From contig CAVUVW010000017.1 of the NCBI GenBank assembly GCA_963745035.1, forward strand, positions 160,001-224,000: DNA of 64,000 nt. The letters run 5' to 3'. The position numbers and the translations under genes are program-made. The DNA is from an uncultured delta proteobacterium (GTDB taxonomy: Bacteria > Desulfobacterota > Binatia > UBA9968). The stretch's first letter is position 1; the number at the start of each line of letters is the position of its first letter. Below, piece after piece: positions 1 to 11,162 of the stretch. The notes below the pieces were generated by a model that saw only the letters and a program-made list of their open reading frames with translations, was not told where the DNA came from and made no database searches.

Positions 1-243
1 CTGTCCCCTGGCTTGATCGGCCGGCCGCTTATCACGCCGCCCAATTTGCCGGCGGATCGACTGACAATTCTCCGCGACGGTTACGCCAAAATGGTCGCCG
101 ATCCGGAATTCCTCGCCGAGGCAAAGAAGCGCGAATGGGATGTGGAATACGTGAGCGGCCCCGAGCTCGAAGCGATCGCCAAAAAGGCTGTCAACCAAAC
201 GCCCGAAACCATCGCGCGCTTAAAGCAAATCCTCGCCGAGTAA
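1..243 (+). CDS. Bug/TctC-like tripartite tricarboxylate transporter substrate-binding protein, 3' end (partial)
   Basis: GRPLITPPNLPADRLTILRDGYAKMVADPEFLAEAKK...VSGPEL matches typical Bug-family C-termini; the ORF is open at the window edge. Confidence 0.7.
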   Translation: MSPGLIGRPLITPPNLPADRLTILRDGYAKMVADPEFLAEAKKREWDVEYVSGPELEAIAKKAVNQTPETIARLKQILAE

Positions 244-254
244 AGCAAGCAGAA

Positions 255-386
255 TTCACCGCAGAGGCACGGAGTTCGCAGAGTTCGGAGAATTTTTTCA
301 CCGCAGAGACGCCGAGTACACGGAGTTCGGATATTTTCCTAATGAGAAACTTCTTTACTCCGCGACCTCTGCGTCTCCGCGATGAG
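255..386. repeat. Palindromic intergenic element, CACCGCAGAG family (two left arms, one right arm)
   Basis: ttcaccgcagaggcacggagttcgcagag and ttcaccgcagagacgccgagtacacggag ... ctccgcgacctctgcgtctccgcgatgag; lies between convergent genes. Confidence 0.8.
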
Positions 387-394
387 CTATCCGA

Positions 395-830
395 TTAAAC
401 CGACAGCAGCCGCTCGAAGAACGATCGGTAACGCGTCAGCGCGACGCGCAAATCCTCGGTCGAAACGTTCTCGGATGCATCCCACTGATGCTCGAGGTTG
501 TTGCGCTGCTGGGAGAAGCTCTGTGCCAGCTTTTGCATCAGCTCGGCCACCAGCTCATCGGCGCGCTCCACCGCGTTGCGCGGCTCGTCGACAAAACCCG
601 CCTGAATTTCTCGCCAGCGGTTACGAAACTCGCCGTCGACGTTGCCCTCGAACAGCGGCTCGGGCTGCGAGCCGTCGCGGCGCCGTTGAATTTTAGCGTC
701 GTCGTGAGCTTCGCGGCTTTCGTGTTCGACGTTGTGTTGCGCGGCGCCCGCGATGACGTCCGTCGACAGTTTGTTCTTGCCCTCGGCCGAAGGGTCGTTA
801 GGGATATTGGATGTCTTTAGAAACCGTCAT
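395..830 (-). CDS. Hypothetical protein, paralog of the C-terminal domain of 827-1453 (absent from ORF track; apparent frameshift near 5' end)
   Basis: Manual translation gives ...FRNRWREIQAGFVDEPRNAVERADELVAELMQKL...STEDLRVALTRYRSFFERLLSV*; ATG at 830 overlaps the upstream stop (ATGA). Confidence 0.75.
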
Positions 831-1453
831 GCTCGGAAACCTCCTCGTGTACTTTTTAATCGCCGATTTGTCTGGCGCTCGCCGGCGCGCGATGCCGCGG
901 CGCGCGTATTCGTCGAAGGCGCCTGCAATAGCTCGTGAAAAAGCGCGCGATAAAGCACCAGGGCTTGTCTCAAGTCCTCGGTGCTCGCTTCGCCCTGGCG
1001 ATTGCGCTCGGCGATCGACCTCGCCCCCCGATAGTTTTCCACCACCTCCGGATAATCGACCGACAGATCCGCCGCCGCCTGATCGAATCCTTTGACCGGA
1101 TAACCGCGCCTTTCCATGACCGCGAAGATGAGCTCGTCGCCCTCGAGGGTCGCCCCTCGGGGATCATCGACAAACCGGGTTTGTACCTGTTCCCAGGCGC
1201 GTTGATAATGCGTGCGGTCATGTTCGGAAAGCGGCACGATATTGTATTCGCTCACTCGTTCCTGGCGGCTTTGCAGCTCTGCCTCCGCCAAGTCACGGTC
1301 CTGCGTCCGGTTCACCGCGCGGTCATATTCAGCGCCGAAGTGCTGTTTCAATCTTTGCGATCGCATACGATTGTAGGCGATCCATGCGCCGACGCCGATA
1401 GCTGCGCAAATGACGACGGTTATCAAAATAATCAGCAAAGTTTGTGAATCCAT
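827..1453 (-). CDS. Hypothetical membrane-anchored protein
   Basis: N-terminal TM helix, then RLKQHFGAEYDRAV...WEQVQTRFVDDP...STEDLRQALVLYRALFHELL. Confidence 0.75.
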   Translation of the reverse strand: MDSQTLLIILITVVICAAIGVGAWIAYNRMRSQRLKQHFGAEYDRAVNRTQDRDLAEAELQSRQERVSEYNIVPLSEHDRTHYQRAWEQVQTRFVDDPRGATLEGDELIFAVMERRGYPVKGFDQAAADLSVDYPEVVENYRGARSIAERNRQGEASTEDLRQALVLYRALFHELLQAPSTNTRAAASRAGERQTNRRLKSTRGGFRA

Positions 1454-1788
1454 TCTGCCTCCTACAGCCGGCATTGGGCTCGGCGTTAAAAAAGAAATCA
1501 ATCAAGGACCGTGCCATAACAATAACACTCTCATTGCCTCTCAAGCTGTTAAACGAAGCAGAGAAATTGAAGGGATTTTTCTCTGAGAAGAACAGGTCGA
1601 CGACAGTGAAACTCCGACAGCTTCCAATCGGACCGGCGCGGTGAAATCCCGCTGGCCTAGGCGACCGGCGCCCTGGTCTCTGAATTGCTCAACAACATCT
1701 CATTGCCGAAGGATCAGAGTCCTGCGGCATCGTCCCCTGTGCGCCTACATGGGGCGCGGGGAATTGCTTGATCGGTCGGTGAAAAGCC

Positions 1789-2904
1789 ATGGTGAAAAAA
1801 CCGGGACATAAGATCCGCTATGCTGTCGTCGGACTGGGACATATCGCGCAAGTTGCGGTGCTCCCGGCATTCTCTCATGCGGCGCGCAATTCACACTTAG
1901 CCGCGCTCGTATCGGGTAATCGAAACAAATTGCGAGAGCTCAGCAGGCGCTATCGGGTGGAACATAGCTATACCTACGACGAATACGACGATTGTCTAAA
2001 TAGCGGGGAAATCGACGCGGTCTATATCGCCCTGCCCAACAGCATGCACGCGGAATATTCGATCCGCGCGGCGGAGGCGGGAATTCACGTATTAGTGGAA
2101 AAGCCCATGGCCGTGACCGAGAAAGAATGCCTGGCGATGATCCGGGCGGCGTCAAAGCATCGGGTCAAGCTGATGGTTGCCTACCGGCTCCACTTTGAAC
2201 AGGCGAACCTGAAAGCGATCGAGCTCGCGAATTCGGGCAAGCTCGGGAAGCCGCGCTTCTTCACTTCCGCGTTCTCACTGCAGGTTCGACCTGGGAACAT
2301 TCGCACCGAGGACGAGCTCGGCGGCGGGACCCTGTACGATTTGGGCGTTTACTGCGTAAATGCCGCGCGCTACCTTTTTCAAGACGAGCCGCGCGAGGTG
2401 ATCGCTTATAGCGCGGCCGGCAAGGATCGGCGCTTCAAAGAGATCGACGAGATGACGGCGGCCGTATTGCGCTTTCCGGATGACCGTCTTGCCACTTTCA
2501 CGAGCAGCTTCGGCGCCGCCGATGTATCCTCCTACGAACTCGTCGGAACGAAGGGAAGCGTGCGGCTCGACCCCGCATACGAATACGCCTTTCCGTTGAA
2601 GCTTCATCTGACGATCGACGGCAAGACTCGCTCCCAAACGTTTCCCAAGCGCGATCAATTCGCGCCCGAGCTTCTGCACTTTTCCGACTGTATTCTGAAG
2701 AATAGGGAACCCGAACCTTCGGGACTCGAAGGACTCGCTGACGTGCGCATCATCGAAGCATTGTACCGCTCGGCGAAAATTCGCAAGGCGGTCAAAGTCC
2801 GGCCAGTGGCGCTTAAGAAGCGACCGAGCCTGAAACAGGAAATCTACAGACCGCCGGTCAAAAAGCCCGCCATGGTGCAGGCGAAGAGTGGTTCTCTAGA
2901 ATAA
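1789..2904 (+). CDS. Gfo/Idh/MocA family oxidoreductase
   Basis: YAVVGLGHIA Rossmann start, IHVLVEKPMA, GGGTLYDLGVYC motifs. Confidence 0.92.
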   Translation: MVKKPGHKIRYAVVGLGHIAQVAVLPAFSHAARNSHLAALVSGNRNKLRELSRRYRVEHSYTYDEYDDCLNSGEIDAVYIALPNSMHAEYSIRAAEAGIHVLVEKPMAVTEKECLAMIRAASKHRVKLMVAYRLHFEQANLKAIELANSGKLGKPRFFTSAFSLQVRPGNIRTEDELGGGTLYDLGVYCVNAARYLFQDEPREVIAYSAAGKDRRFKEIDEMTAAVLRFPDDRLATFTSSFGAADVSSYELVGTKGSVRLDPAYEYAFPLKLHLTIDGKTRSQTFPKRDQFAPELLHFSDCILKNREPEPSGLEGLADVRIIEALYRSAKIRKAVKVRPVALKKRPSLKQEIYRPPVKKPAMVQAKSGSLE

Positions 2905-3047
2905 GTTTTGCGCAGCCCATTCAGCGCAGTCCTGCGGCCGCATCCCGCACAATCGCCGGTCTTTTAAACACAGCGCGCGAGTAGAAATTCACTATTCTCC
3001 TGTGGTAGGAGGAGAGCATCAAATTCTATTAGCAAGGAAAGAATCTG

Positions 3048-3845
3048 ATGCTCACTTCGATCAAAATCGACAATCGTATGAACGGCTTTCTCGGCATTCC
3101 CGATGGCGCCGCCAAGAAGCCGGTCGTCATCCATTTGCATGAGCGGTACGGCATCGTAGAGCACACGACGGATCTCGGACAAAAGTTTGTGGACGCCGGC
3201 TATGTCACCATCGTTCCTGACTTCTTCTCGCGTTTCACCGGCGACCGAGCGGCGCTCGCGCGCGGCGATGACCGCTGCGAGTTGAGCGACGACGAGGTTT
3301 TGTTCGATCTTGACGCGGTCGTCGAGCATCTGAAGACCGTTCCTCAGGCGGATCTCAGCAAGGTCGCCATGTCGGGCGTGTGCCAAACCGGCCGGCAGCC
3401 CATATTAGTCGCCGCTAAACGCAAGCTGCTCAGCGCCGCGGTGGTGCTCTACGGCGCGGTCTATGACGCCGACTGGAAATCACACCCGCTCCGTCCCGAG
3501 CCGATCGACAAGCTCATGCAGGAAGTATCTTGCCCGATCGCCGCCGTCTTCGGCGAGCTCGACAATCTCATTCACCGAGACAATATCGTGCGCATGTTCA
3601 GCGTCTTGGCCGAAGCCAAGAAAAGTTTCGACATCCGCATGTACGCCGATGCGCCGCACGGTTTCTTGAACGACACCATGCCTGGCCGCTACCGGCCCGC
3701 GCAAGCCGAAGCTGCGTGGAATCAGATCACATCGTTTCTCGGGTCGGTTTTCGCGGGCAAGTGGCAAAAAGGCCGCGCAATCTGGCGCTTCGACGCTGAC
3801 AGTTCGCTGGATTATGATTTCTCCAAGATGAAGCGCTGGGAGTAG
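3048..3845 (+). CDS. Dienelactone hydrolase family protein
   Basis: HERYG, GVCQTG (G-x-C-x-x-G nucleophile), YADAPHGF. Confidence 0.88.
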   Translation: MLTSIKIDNRMNGFLGIPDGAAKKPVVIHLHERYGIVEHTTDLGQKFVDAGYVTIVPDFFSRFTGDRAALARGDDRCELSDDEVLFDLDAVVEHLKTVPQADLSKVAMSGVCQTGRQPILVAAKRKLLSAAVVLYGAVYDADWKSHPLRPEPIDKLMQEVSCPIAAVFGELDNLIHRDNIVRMFSVLAEAKKSFDIRMYADAPHGFLNDTMPGRYRPAQAEAAWNQITSFLGSVFAGKWQKGRAIWRFDADSSLDYDFSKMKRWE

Positions 3846-3950
3846 CGCGCGGCTCGCCGCGCGCATGCCCAATGACAAATTTCACATCTTAGAAGCATCC
3901 GGATTCGCGATTTGAAATTTGAGATCTGAGATTGCGAAGCGCTGCGCGCC

Positions 3951-3979
3951 TTGACAGCAATTAGGGCGCCGCATACAGT
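3951..3979 (+). promoter_or_regulatory. Putative sigma70 promoter of the ABC permease/SBP genes
   Basis: TTGACA-17 nt-TACAGT, followed by RBS AAGGAGA at about 3997-4003. Confidence 0.6.
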
Positions 3980-4008
3980 CGCCTCGACGCACGGCCAAGG
4001 AGAATCCC

Positions 4009-4851
4009 ACGGCGCAAAACGAACAAGACGCGTTCGATCTCGTCTCGGTCGACGAATCCAATCCGCTGAGCACCAACCGTTCCTGGCAGCGTTTGCGCGA
4101 GATAACGTCGGACTGGCTCGGGGTCATCGGTGTCGTCTCATTCTTTCTCGCGTGGGAGCTTCTCACCCGCCTCGAGATCATCAATCCTTTTTATTTTCCG
4201 CCCATCAGCGCGATCCTTGTCAAAGGCTACGAGCTTTTCGCCAACGGCTCGATCTGGGAGCATGTTTGGTTCAGCCTGACGAACTTCACCATCGGCTTTT
4301 TCGTCTCGGTGGTTCTCGGCGTGGTTCTCGGCGTGCCGATGGGCTGGTACAAGAATGTCAGCAAAACTTTCGATCCGCTGCTGTCCGGCATTTATGCAAC
4401 CCCGCTGATTGCGCTGCTGCCGTTGATCATCATGATGTTCGGGCTCGGCGCGGTTTCCAAGATCATCATGACGATCCTCGCCGCGGTGTTTCCGATCCTG
4501 ATCAACACCATGGTCGGCATCGCCAATACCGATCACCGCCTGATCACCATGGCGCGCGCCTTCGGCGCCAAAGACAGCCAGATTTTTCTCAAAGTATCCC
4601 TGCCCGGTTCGCTGCCTTATCTCGTAGCCGGCATGCGTGTGGCTCTCGGCCGTGCTCTGGTCTACATCGTCGTCGCCGAGCAGTACGGCGCCGCCACCGG
4701 CTTGGGCTACTTGAGCTCCGTCGCGGCGCAGCGTTTTCAGATGGCGGCGATGTTCGTGCCGATCATCATCATCGCCGGGCTCGGCGCCGGCTTGAACGAG
4801 CTGCTCAAGACACTCGAGCGGCGCCTGGAAAAGTGGAAGCCGCAAAAATAA
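4009..4851 (+). CDS. ABC transporter permease (SsuC/TauC type)
   Basis: Multiple TM helices and EAA-like MARAFGAKDSQIFLKVSLPGSLPY; frame is open from an ACG at 4009 behind an RBS (track start 4093). Confidence 0.88.
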   Translation, partial: TAQNEQDAFDLVSVDESNPLSTNRSWQRLREITSDWLGVIGVVSFFLAWELLTRLEIINPFYFPPISAILVKGYELFANGSIWEHVWFSLTNFTIGFFVSVVLGVVLGVPMGWYKNVSKTFDPLLSGIYATPLIALLPLIIMMFGLGAVSKIIMTILAAVFPILINTMVGIANTDHRLITMARAFGAKDSQIFLKVSLPGSLPYLVAGMRVALGRALVYIVVAEQYGAATGLGYLSSVAAQRFQMAAMFVPIIIIAGLGAGLNELLKTLERRLEKWKPQK

Positions 4852-4882
4852 GCACCTGAATTTGGGCTACGCGGAGGAATAG

Positions 4883-5873
4883 ATGAAACTGACGGCGAAA
4901 ATAGTTTCCGCTTTGATTTTGCTCCGTGGCGCTGGCCGACGTCATCCATGCCGCCGATGCGCTTCGCAAGATGACGGTCGGCCAGGCGGGCGTCAATCCC
5001 GGCGCCGGCCTTTTCACGATCGCCGTCAATCAGGGCTACTACAAGAAACACGGCCTCGACGTCGAAATTATCAAAACCAATACCACCGCGGCTGTGCAGG
5101 CCATGCTCGCCGGTAAAATGCAGATGGCCACCGGCGCCGGCGCGGCGGCATTCGTAACCGCCACACTCGAAGGAGCGCCGCCGTTTGTGCTGGTCGGCTC
5201 ATGGGTCAATGTGTTCCCGTACAAAGTCATGGCCCACAAGGGCATAAAAAAGATCGAAGACCTGAAAGGTAAAACCGGCCACGTCGGCGCGCCTTTCGGT
5301 ACGATTCCCGACACCGCTTTGCGCTTCGCGCTCAACCGGCTGAAAATCGATCCCGAAAAAGACGTCAAGCTGGTGCAGCATTCGAATGCCGATCCGGCGA
5401 GCATTCTCGCGGCGATGGAAAAAGGCGAAGTCCAATTCGGCATTCTTGCGCCGCCATTCGATTTGATCGCGGAAAAACGCGGCTACGAAATGCTGCTCGC
5501 ATTGCCCGGCCTAGGAATTCCGTGGCAGCAGAACGGTGAAATCGTCAGAGCTTCGTATCTGAAAAGCGACCGCGACAACGTCATTCGTTTTTTAAGAGCG
5601 ACCGCCGAGGCCTCGAAATTCTATTTCGATCATAAGGACAAGACGGTCGAGATCATGAAGGAATATCTGGGACGCCCCGCCGACGAAACCGAATATGCCT
5701 ACAACCAGTACAACCGCTGGACCGATCGAGTTCATCGGCCGCAGGTCGAAACCATCAAGACGACTCTTGAAGCGATCAAGAAAAATACGCCCAAAGCGGC
5801 GAACGCGAATGCGGCATCATTCGTCGACACCAGCCTCGTCGATCAGCTGATTAAGGAAGGCTATTATAAGTAG
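4883..5873 (+). CDS. ABC substrate-binding protein (NMT1/SsuA type); apparent frameshift near 4925
   Basis: Signal peptide in 4883 frame, body in 4926 frame (GYYKKHGLDVEI, IEDLKGK, IDPEKDVKL). Confidence 0.82.
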
Positions 5874-6023
5874 ACTGGACGCTGATCGAAGATAACAACT
5901 GAATAGAGGATGACGGATTACGATCCTCGATCCTCTATTCTCGATTTTCGATCGAATAGTTTGACCCAACTCCAAGCCGGTGTTAGCATCCCCGCGAGCT
6001 TTGACTGAAGGAGCAATCATTCC

Positions 6024-7157
6024 GTGAAACTTTATAACTTCGATCTGCTCGCCTATCCTCATGTTCCAAAAGAAGCGCCGCGCACGCCTGTTCCGAGCAG
6101 TTTTTTCGACCCCGCAAAGGGCGCTGCGAACTATGCCGAACATTTGGACGAGATGGCCTACTGTGAAGAACTGGGTTTCGACGGTGTGGTTTTCAACGAG
6201 CATCACTACAGCGCCTACGGCACGATGCCGTCGCCCAATTTGATTGCCGCCGCGCTCAGTCAGAAAACCAAGAAGATCAAGATCGGCGTGCTTGGCAATA
6301 TTCTCCCGCTGCGCAACCATCCGGTGCGCGTCGCGGAGGAGTACGCCATGATCGATTGTCTCAGTAATGGTCGCCTGATCGCCGGCTTCGTGCGCGGCAT
6401 TCCGCCGGAATATATTTGGTACGGCGTAAATCCAGAGGAATCGCGCGGCCGTTTCGAAGAGGCCTACGATCTTATCATGACCGCATGGACCGAGCCGGTG
6501 TGGAGCCATCAAGGAAATTTTTTCAAATTGAAGGACTGCGCGATCTGGCCGCGCCCGGTGCAGCAACCCCATCCGCCGATCTGGATCGCGGCCCGCAGCG
6601 CAGAATCGGTGGAATGGTGTGTCAAACGCCACCTTCCCTGCGCGCAGGTCTATCAGACCACTGGACAGATCGAAGACACGTTCAACTACTACCGAACCAA
6701 CGCCAAAGAAGCAGGCTGGGAGGCCGGTCGCGACAAGTTTATTCTCTGCCGGCACATCTTTATTGATGACAGTGAGCAAAAGGCCCGGGAATTCGCCGAC
6801 CCGGCCATGCGCTATTTTTTCACGGTCTTCAATCGCGGCTTCAACGAAGCGATCAACAAGAGCGCTGTCGATCAAAAATTGACGGCGGCGCTGATGAGCG
6901 AGCGCTCCTTCAGCTACTTCAGAGAAGGCAACCGCGAACGCCACGATTTCTCCAAGCTCGACTGGCAGGGTCTGCTGGACACGGGCTATCTGATCGCGGG
7001 AAATCCCGACAGCGTCGCGCGCCAAATTAAAAGTCAAATGAACCAAGTCGGCGCCGATCATTTCATGGGCATGTTCCATATCGGCAACCTGGCCCACGAA
7101 AAAGTCGTCAACTCGCTCAACCTCTTCAAGAAAGAGATCATGCCGCAACTGCAATAG
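6024..7157 (+). CDS. LLM-class flavin-dependent oxidoreductase
   Basis: ELGFDGVVFNEHH, HPVRVAEEYAMIDCLSNGRL, PRPVQQPHPPIW. Confidence 0.92.
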   Translation: MKLYNFDLLAYPHVPKEAPRTPVPSSFFDPAKGAANYAEHLDEMAYCEELGFDGVVFNEHHYSAYGTMPSPNLIAAALSQKTKKIKIGVLGNILPLRNHPVRVAEEYAMIDCLSNGRLIAGFVRGIPPEYIWYGVNPEESRGRFEEAYDLIMTAWTEPVWSHQGNFFKLKDCAIWPRPVQQPHPPIWIAARSAESVEWCVKRHLPCAQVYQTTGQIEDTFNYYRTNAKEAGWEAGRDKFILCRHIFIDDSEQKAREFADPAMRYFFTVFNRGFNEAINKSAVDQKLTAALMSERSFSYFREGNRERHDFSKLDWQGLLDTGYLIAGNPDSVARQIKSQMNQVGADHFMGMFHIGNLAHEKVVNSLNLFKKEIMPQLQ

Positions 7158-7276
7158 GTCTTTCAGTAGCGGCGCCTTTGCGCCAATTCTATTGGATTGA
7201 CCTCAGCCAGCCGTACGGCTGAGGTCAATCACCATCGATAAATTTTGCTAAGCAGCCGATCCTTGGGGGAGTCACC

Positions 7277-7687
7277 ATGGAGATGTTGATCAATATCGAC
7301 GTGGACGACTTGGAAAAGGCCGTGGCATTTTACCGCGATGCGCTCGGTTTGCGTTTGGAGCGGCGGCTTTTCGATGGGTCGGTCGCCGAGATGGGCGGAG
7401 CTTCTTCGAAGATACATCTCTTGGCAAAACCCCAGGACAGCGCTGCGTCATCCTCGCAAGCGAACATCTTCCGTTCTTATCGCCGGCACTGGACTCCGGT
7501 GCACCTCGACTTTCAAGTCGAAAATGTCGAGCGCGCGGTGAGCCGCGCGCTGGCCGCTGGCGCGACTCTGGAAGGCGAGATTCAATCTTTCAATTGGGGC
7601 CACATCGCGACTCTGAGCGATCCTTTCGGCCATGGCTTCTGCCTGCTGCAGTTTATCGGGAAAGGTTACGACGAGTTGAATGAATGA
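7277..7687 (+). CDS. VOC/glyoxalase family protein
   Basis: VDDLEKAVAFY, VHLDF, DPFGHGFCL. Confidence 0.88.
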   Translation: MEMLINIDVDDLEKAVAFYRDALGLRLERRLFDGSVAEMGGASSKIHLLAKPQDSAASSSQANIFRSYRRHWTPVHLDFQVENVERAVSRALAAGATLEGEIQSFNWGHIATLSDPFGHGFCLLQFIGKGYDELNE

Positions 7688-7761
7688 CGCGCGCTTCCTA
7701 AACACGCTTGGAACCCCAAGAATGCATGTTATCCTTAGCCAACCTCAAGGAAGCTGCTCTT

Positions 7762-8507
7762 ATGGATCGATTCATTCGAAGTTATAGTCGGCGGCAGGTG
7801 ATTAGATCGTTGGGTCTCGGATCGGCAGCGATTCTTCTCGGCCAGGACCATCGGCGTTTGTGGAACGCCGCGCAGCATTTTGAGTCCGGCGCATGGGCGG
7901 CAACGACGCCCGCGTGCGTCGTTCGTCCGGAGCAAACCGAAGGGCCCTATTTCGTCGATGAGAAACTGAACCGCTCCGATATCCGCGTCGATCCGTCCGA
8001 TAAATCGATAAGGCCCGGAGTGCCGCTGCGCTTGGAGTTTCAGGTTTCCCGCCTCGCTGGTGCCGCCTGCTCGCCGCTTGCCCGCGCCATCGTCGACCTC
8101 TGGCACTGCGATGCCGGCGGAGTTTACTCGGACGTACATGACCGACAGTTCGACACTCGCGGCAGAAAGTTCCTGCGCGGGTATCAGCAGACCAATGCCA
8201 ATGGCATGGCGGAATTTCTGACGATCTATCCGGGATGGTACGAAGGCCGCGCGGTTCATATTCATTTCAAAATCCGCAGCGCTGTCGACGGCGGGCGCAA
8301 TCAAGAGTTCACGTCGCAGCTTTACTTCGACGAATCGGTGAACGATCAGGTATTCAACCAAACTCCTTATAACAGCAAGCGCGGCCGCCGGGTGATGAAC
8401 GATAGCGATTCTCTTTTTCGCCGCGGCGGTAAAGAACTGCTGCTGACGCCCACGAAGAACGCCAAGGGTACACAGCAAAGTTCGACATCGGCTTGCAAAT
8501 TCCCTGA
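7762..8507 (+). CDS. Intradiol ring-cleavage dioxygenase-like protein with Tat-like leader; apparent frameshift near 8468
   Basis: SRRQVI leader, TEGPYF, DLWHCDAGGVYS, TIYPGWYEGRAVHIHFK; alternative frame ends GYTAKFDIGLQIP*. Confidence 0.85.
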
Positions 8508-8644
8508 CAAGCTGCGCCTTCGAGGTCGGCGGTGCGCAAGCGCACCCTACGAACACGTTTGTGCCTTTCGCATGCTTTTTAATCTTCTGCGTGGGTCGAG
8601 TTCTTAGAGCTTGCTGCGTTATGTAAATTGCCTCGCAGAAGTCC

Positions 8645-8675
8645 GTCATTCCCGCATGCTTTAAGCGGGAATCCA
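8645..8675. repeat. REP/dRS3-like palindrome GTCATTCCCGC-N9-GCGGGAATCCA
   Basis: gtcattcccgcatgctttaagcgggaatcca. Confidence 0.65.
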
Positions 8676-8758
8676 GGCGAGATTCCATCCGACCAACTGT
8701 TGACAAGCCGCGGGTCCCTCTCATATCTCCATCTGAGGTTCAAATCGAAAGGGAATTC

Positions 8759-10871
8759 ATGGCGGCAAGAAGCAAATACATCATTGGTGTCGATACCGGC
8801 GGCACCTTCACCGACGTCGTCGTCATGGGCGACGGCGGCCAGGTCTGGTCGGCGAAAGCGTCGACCACGCCGGACGATTTTTCCCGCGGGGTGATGGACG
8901 CGGTGGCGGAAGCGGCCAACGCCGTCGGCGTCGACACTTCCGAGCTGCTTACCCGAACAACGCTTTTCAAACACGGCAGTACCGTCGCGACCAATGCCTT
9001 GATTACTCACAGCGGCTGCAAAGTCGGTCTCATTACGACCAAGGGCTTCGAAGACACGACGGAGATCATGCGCGCCATCGGCCGGGTCGACGGCCTTTCC
9101 GATGATGAAATCAAGCACGTCACCTGGATCACCAAGCCCGAGCCGTTCGTCACCCGCGAGCGCGTGATCGGCGTGCGCGAGCGCATGGATTATCAAGGCA
9201 ACGAGATCGTGCCGCTCAATTGGGACGATGTCATGGACGCCATCCGGCGCCTGATGGAAGAAGAGAAAGTCGATGCCATCGCCGTCAGCCTGATGCATGC
9301 ATGGGCCAACCCAAAACACGAAGAAGAGATCCGCGCGCTCACCGCCGAAGCCGACCCGCATCGAAAAGTTTACTGGTCCTTCGGCAGCGCGCTTTCTCAA
9401 GTCGCCGGCGAGTACGCCCGCGCCAACACCGCGATCCTGAACAGCTACCTGGGCCCGACGGTCGAGCGCTATTTGAAAGGCCTCGAGACCAAGTTGCAGA
9501 GCGGAGGGCTCAGCGGACCGCTGCTGATCATGCAGGGCAACGGCGGCGTGGCGCACCGCGAGCACGTGAGCGCCATCGCCAATCTACAATCCGGCCCGGC
9601 CGGCGGTATGATCGCCTCGGCCTACGTCGCCGGCTTGCTCGGGCACAAGAACGTCATCACCACGGACATGGGCGGCACGAGCTTCGACGTCGGTCTCATC
9701 ACCGAAGGCTACTGGCGCTATGCGCAGGAACCGATCGTCGAGCGGTTTCGCATGCAACAGCCGATCATCGACATCGAATCCATCGGCGCGGGCGGCGGCA
9801 CGATCGCGCAGGTCGAGGCTGAGACCGGCCGGTTGCTGGTCGGCCCGCGCAGCGCCGGCGCCAGCCCCGGACCGGTTTGCTACGACGCCGGCGGAGAACA
9901 GGTCACCGTCACCGACTGCGATGTGGCACTCGGAATTATCGATCCAGATTATTTTCTCGGCGGGCGAAAAAGTTTGAACACGGAGAAAGCGCTGCGCGCT
10001 ATCGAGGAAAATCTCGCCAAGCCGCTCAAGCTCAAGATTCACGAAGCCGCCGCCGGTGTTCACGATATCGTCAACGCCAAGATGTCCGATCTGATTCGCC
10101 GCCAAGTCGTTCGCACCGGTTATCTGCCGGAAGAGTTCGTCATCTATGCCTTCGGCGGCGCCGGCCCGGTGCATGCTTCGGGTTTCGCCGCCGAACTGGG
10201 CATCCGGCAGATTTATATATTCGCCACCTCGCCGGTCTTCTCTGCTTTCGGTGCGGCGGCCGCCGACGTCATCCGCACGCGGGTCATGAGCTGCCAGTTC
10301 GTGTTGCCCGCCGATCCGGTGGTGATCAATGGACGGCTCGACGCCATCGAAAAAGAGATGGGCGGCGCCGTGGCGGCCGAAGGCTTTAAGCCGAGCCAGA
10401 TCGAATTTCGCCGCTACTTCACCATGCGCTACCGCCGTCAGAGCGCCGGCGTCGAGATGCCGGTGAGCTGGGAGCGTCTGAACGCCAAACGACTGAGCGA
10501 AATGCAATCGAGCTTCGAGAAAGAAATACGAAGAGCTTTACGGCGTCGGCGCCGGATACGCGAAAGCGGGAATCGAGATCAGTGAAATCCGCGTCGACGC
10601 GGTCGGCAAAGTCGCCAAGCCTAAACTGAGCGCCAAAAAGAAGTCCAATGGCGACAGCCGCGCCGCACGAAAAGGCAAGCGCCAGGTCTTCTTCACCCGG
10701 CCCGAGCGCAAGCTTATCGACACACCGATCTACGATTACGAGAGGCTCGGGGTCGGCGCCACCGTGCGCGGCCCCGCGATCGTCGAGCTACCGTTCACGA
10801 CGACCCTCGTACCGCCGGAGCATAAAGTTACCGTCGATCGGTATATGAATTTAGTGATGGAAGTGCCGTAG
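8759..10871 (+). CDS. Hydantoinase/oxoprolinase A subunit; apparent frameshift near 10520
   Basis: GVDTGGTFTD, SGPAGG, DMGGTSFD, GGAGPVH; second frame continues KYEELYG...GPAIVELPFTTTLVPP. Confidence 0.9.
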
Positions 10872-10891
10872 GAAGATGGAGAGAAGAAAAC

Positions 10892-11140
10892 TGGAGTGAT
10901 GGAGTACTGGAGTGTTGGAGTGATGGGAGATGCGAATGCGCCGGCATTTCGTGGTCCGAAAGACTCACCGCGGAGGCGCGGAGTACGCCGAGACAAGTTT
11001 TGTTAATCAAGAATTATTCCGAACTCTGCGAACTTTGAGCCTCTGCGGTGGAATGTCCTTTTCTTGGGTTGCAGCTCTCATCATGCGGTTTATCAATCCG
11101 AACCCAATACTCCATCACTCCAACACTCCAGTACTCCAAC
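10892..11140. repeat. Nested palindromic element: 8-mer GGAGT(G/A)NT arms enclosing a CACCGCGGAG-family palindrome
   Basis: tggagtgatggagtactggagtgttggagtgatgg ... inner element 10964-11051 ... tactccatcactccaacactccagtactcca. Confidence 0.8.
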
Positions 11141-11162
11141 TCAATGGCGTTAGGAGTTTCCC

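Noticed and set aside
4883-10871. Programmed frameshifts in flank genes (about 4925, 8468, 10520; also 55545, 63700)
   Set aside because: Single indels in unrelated genes, often near short homopolymers, are more simply sequencing errors.
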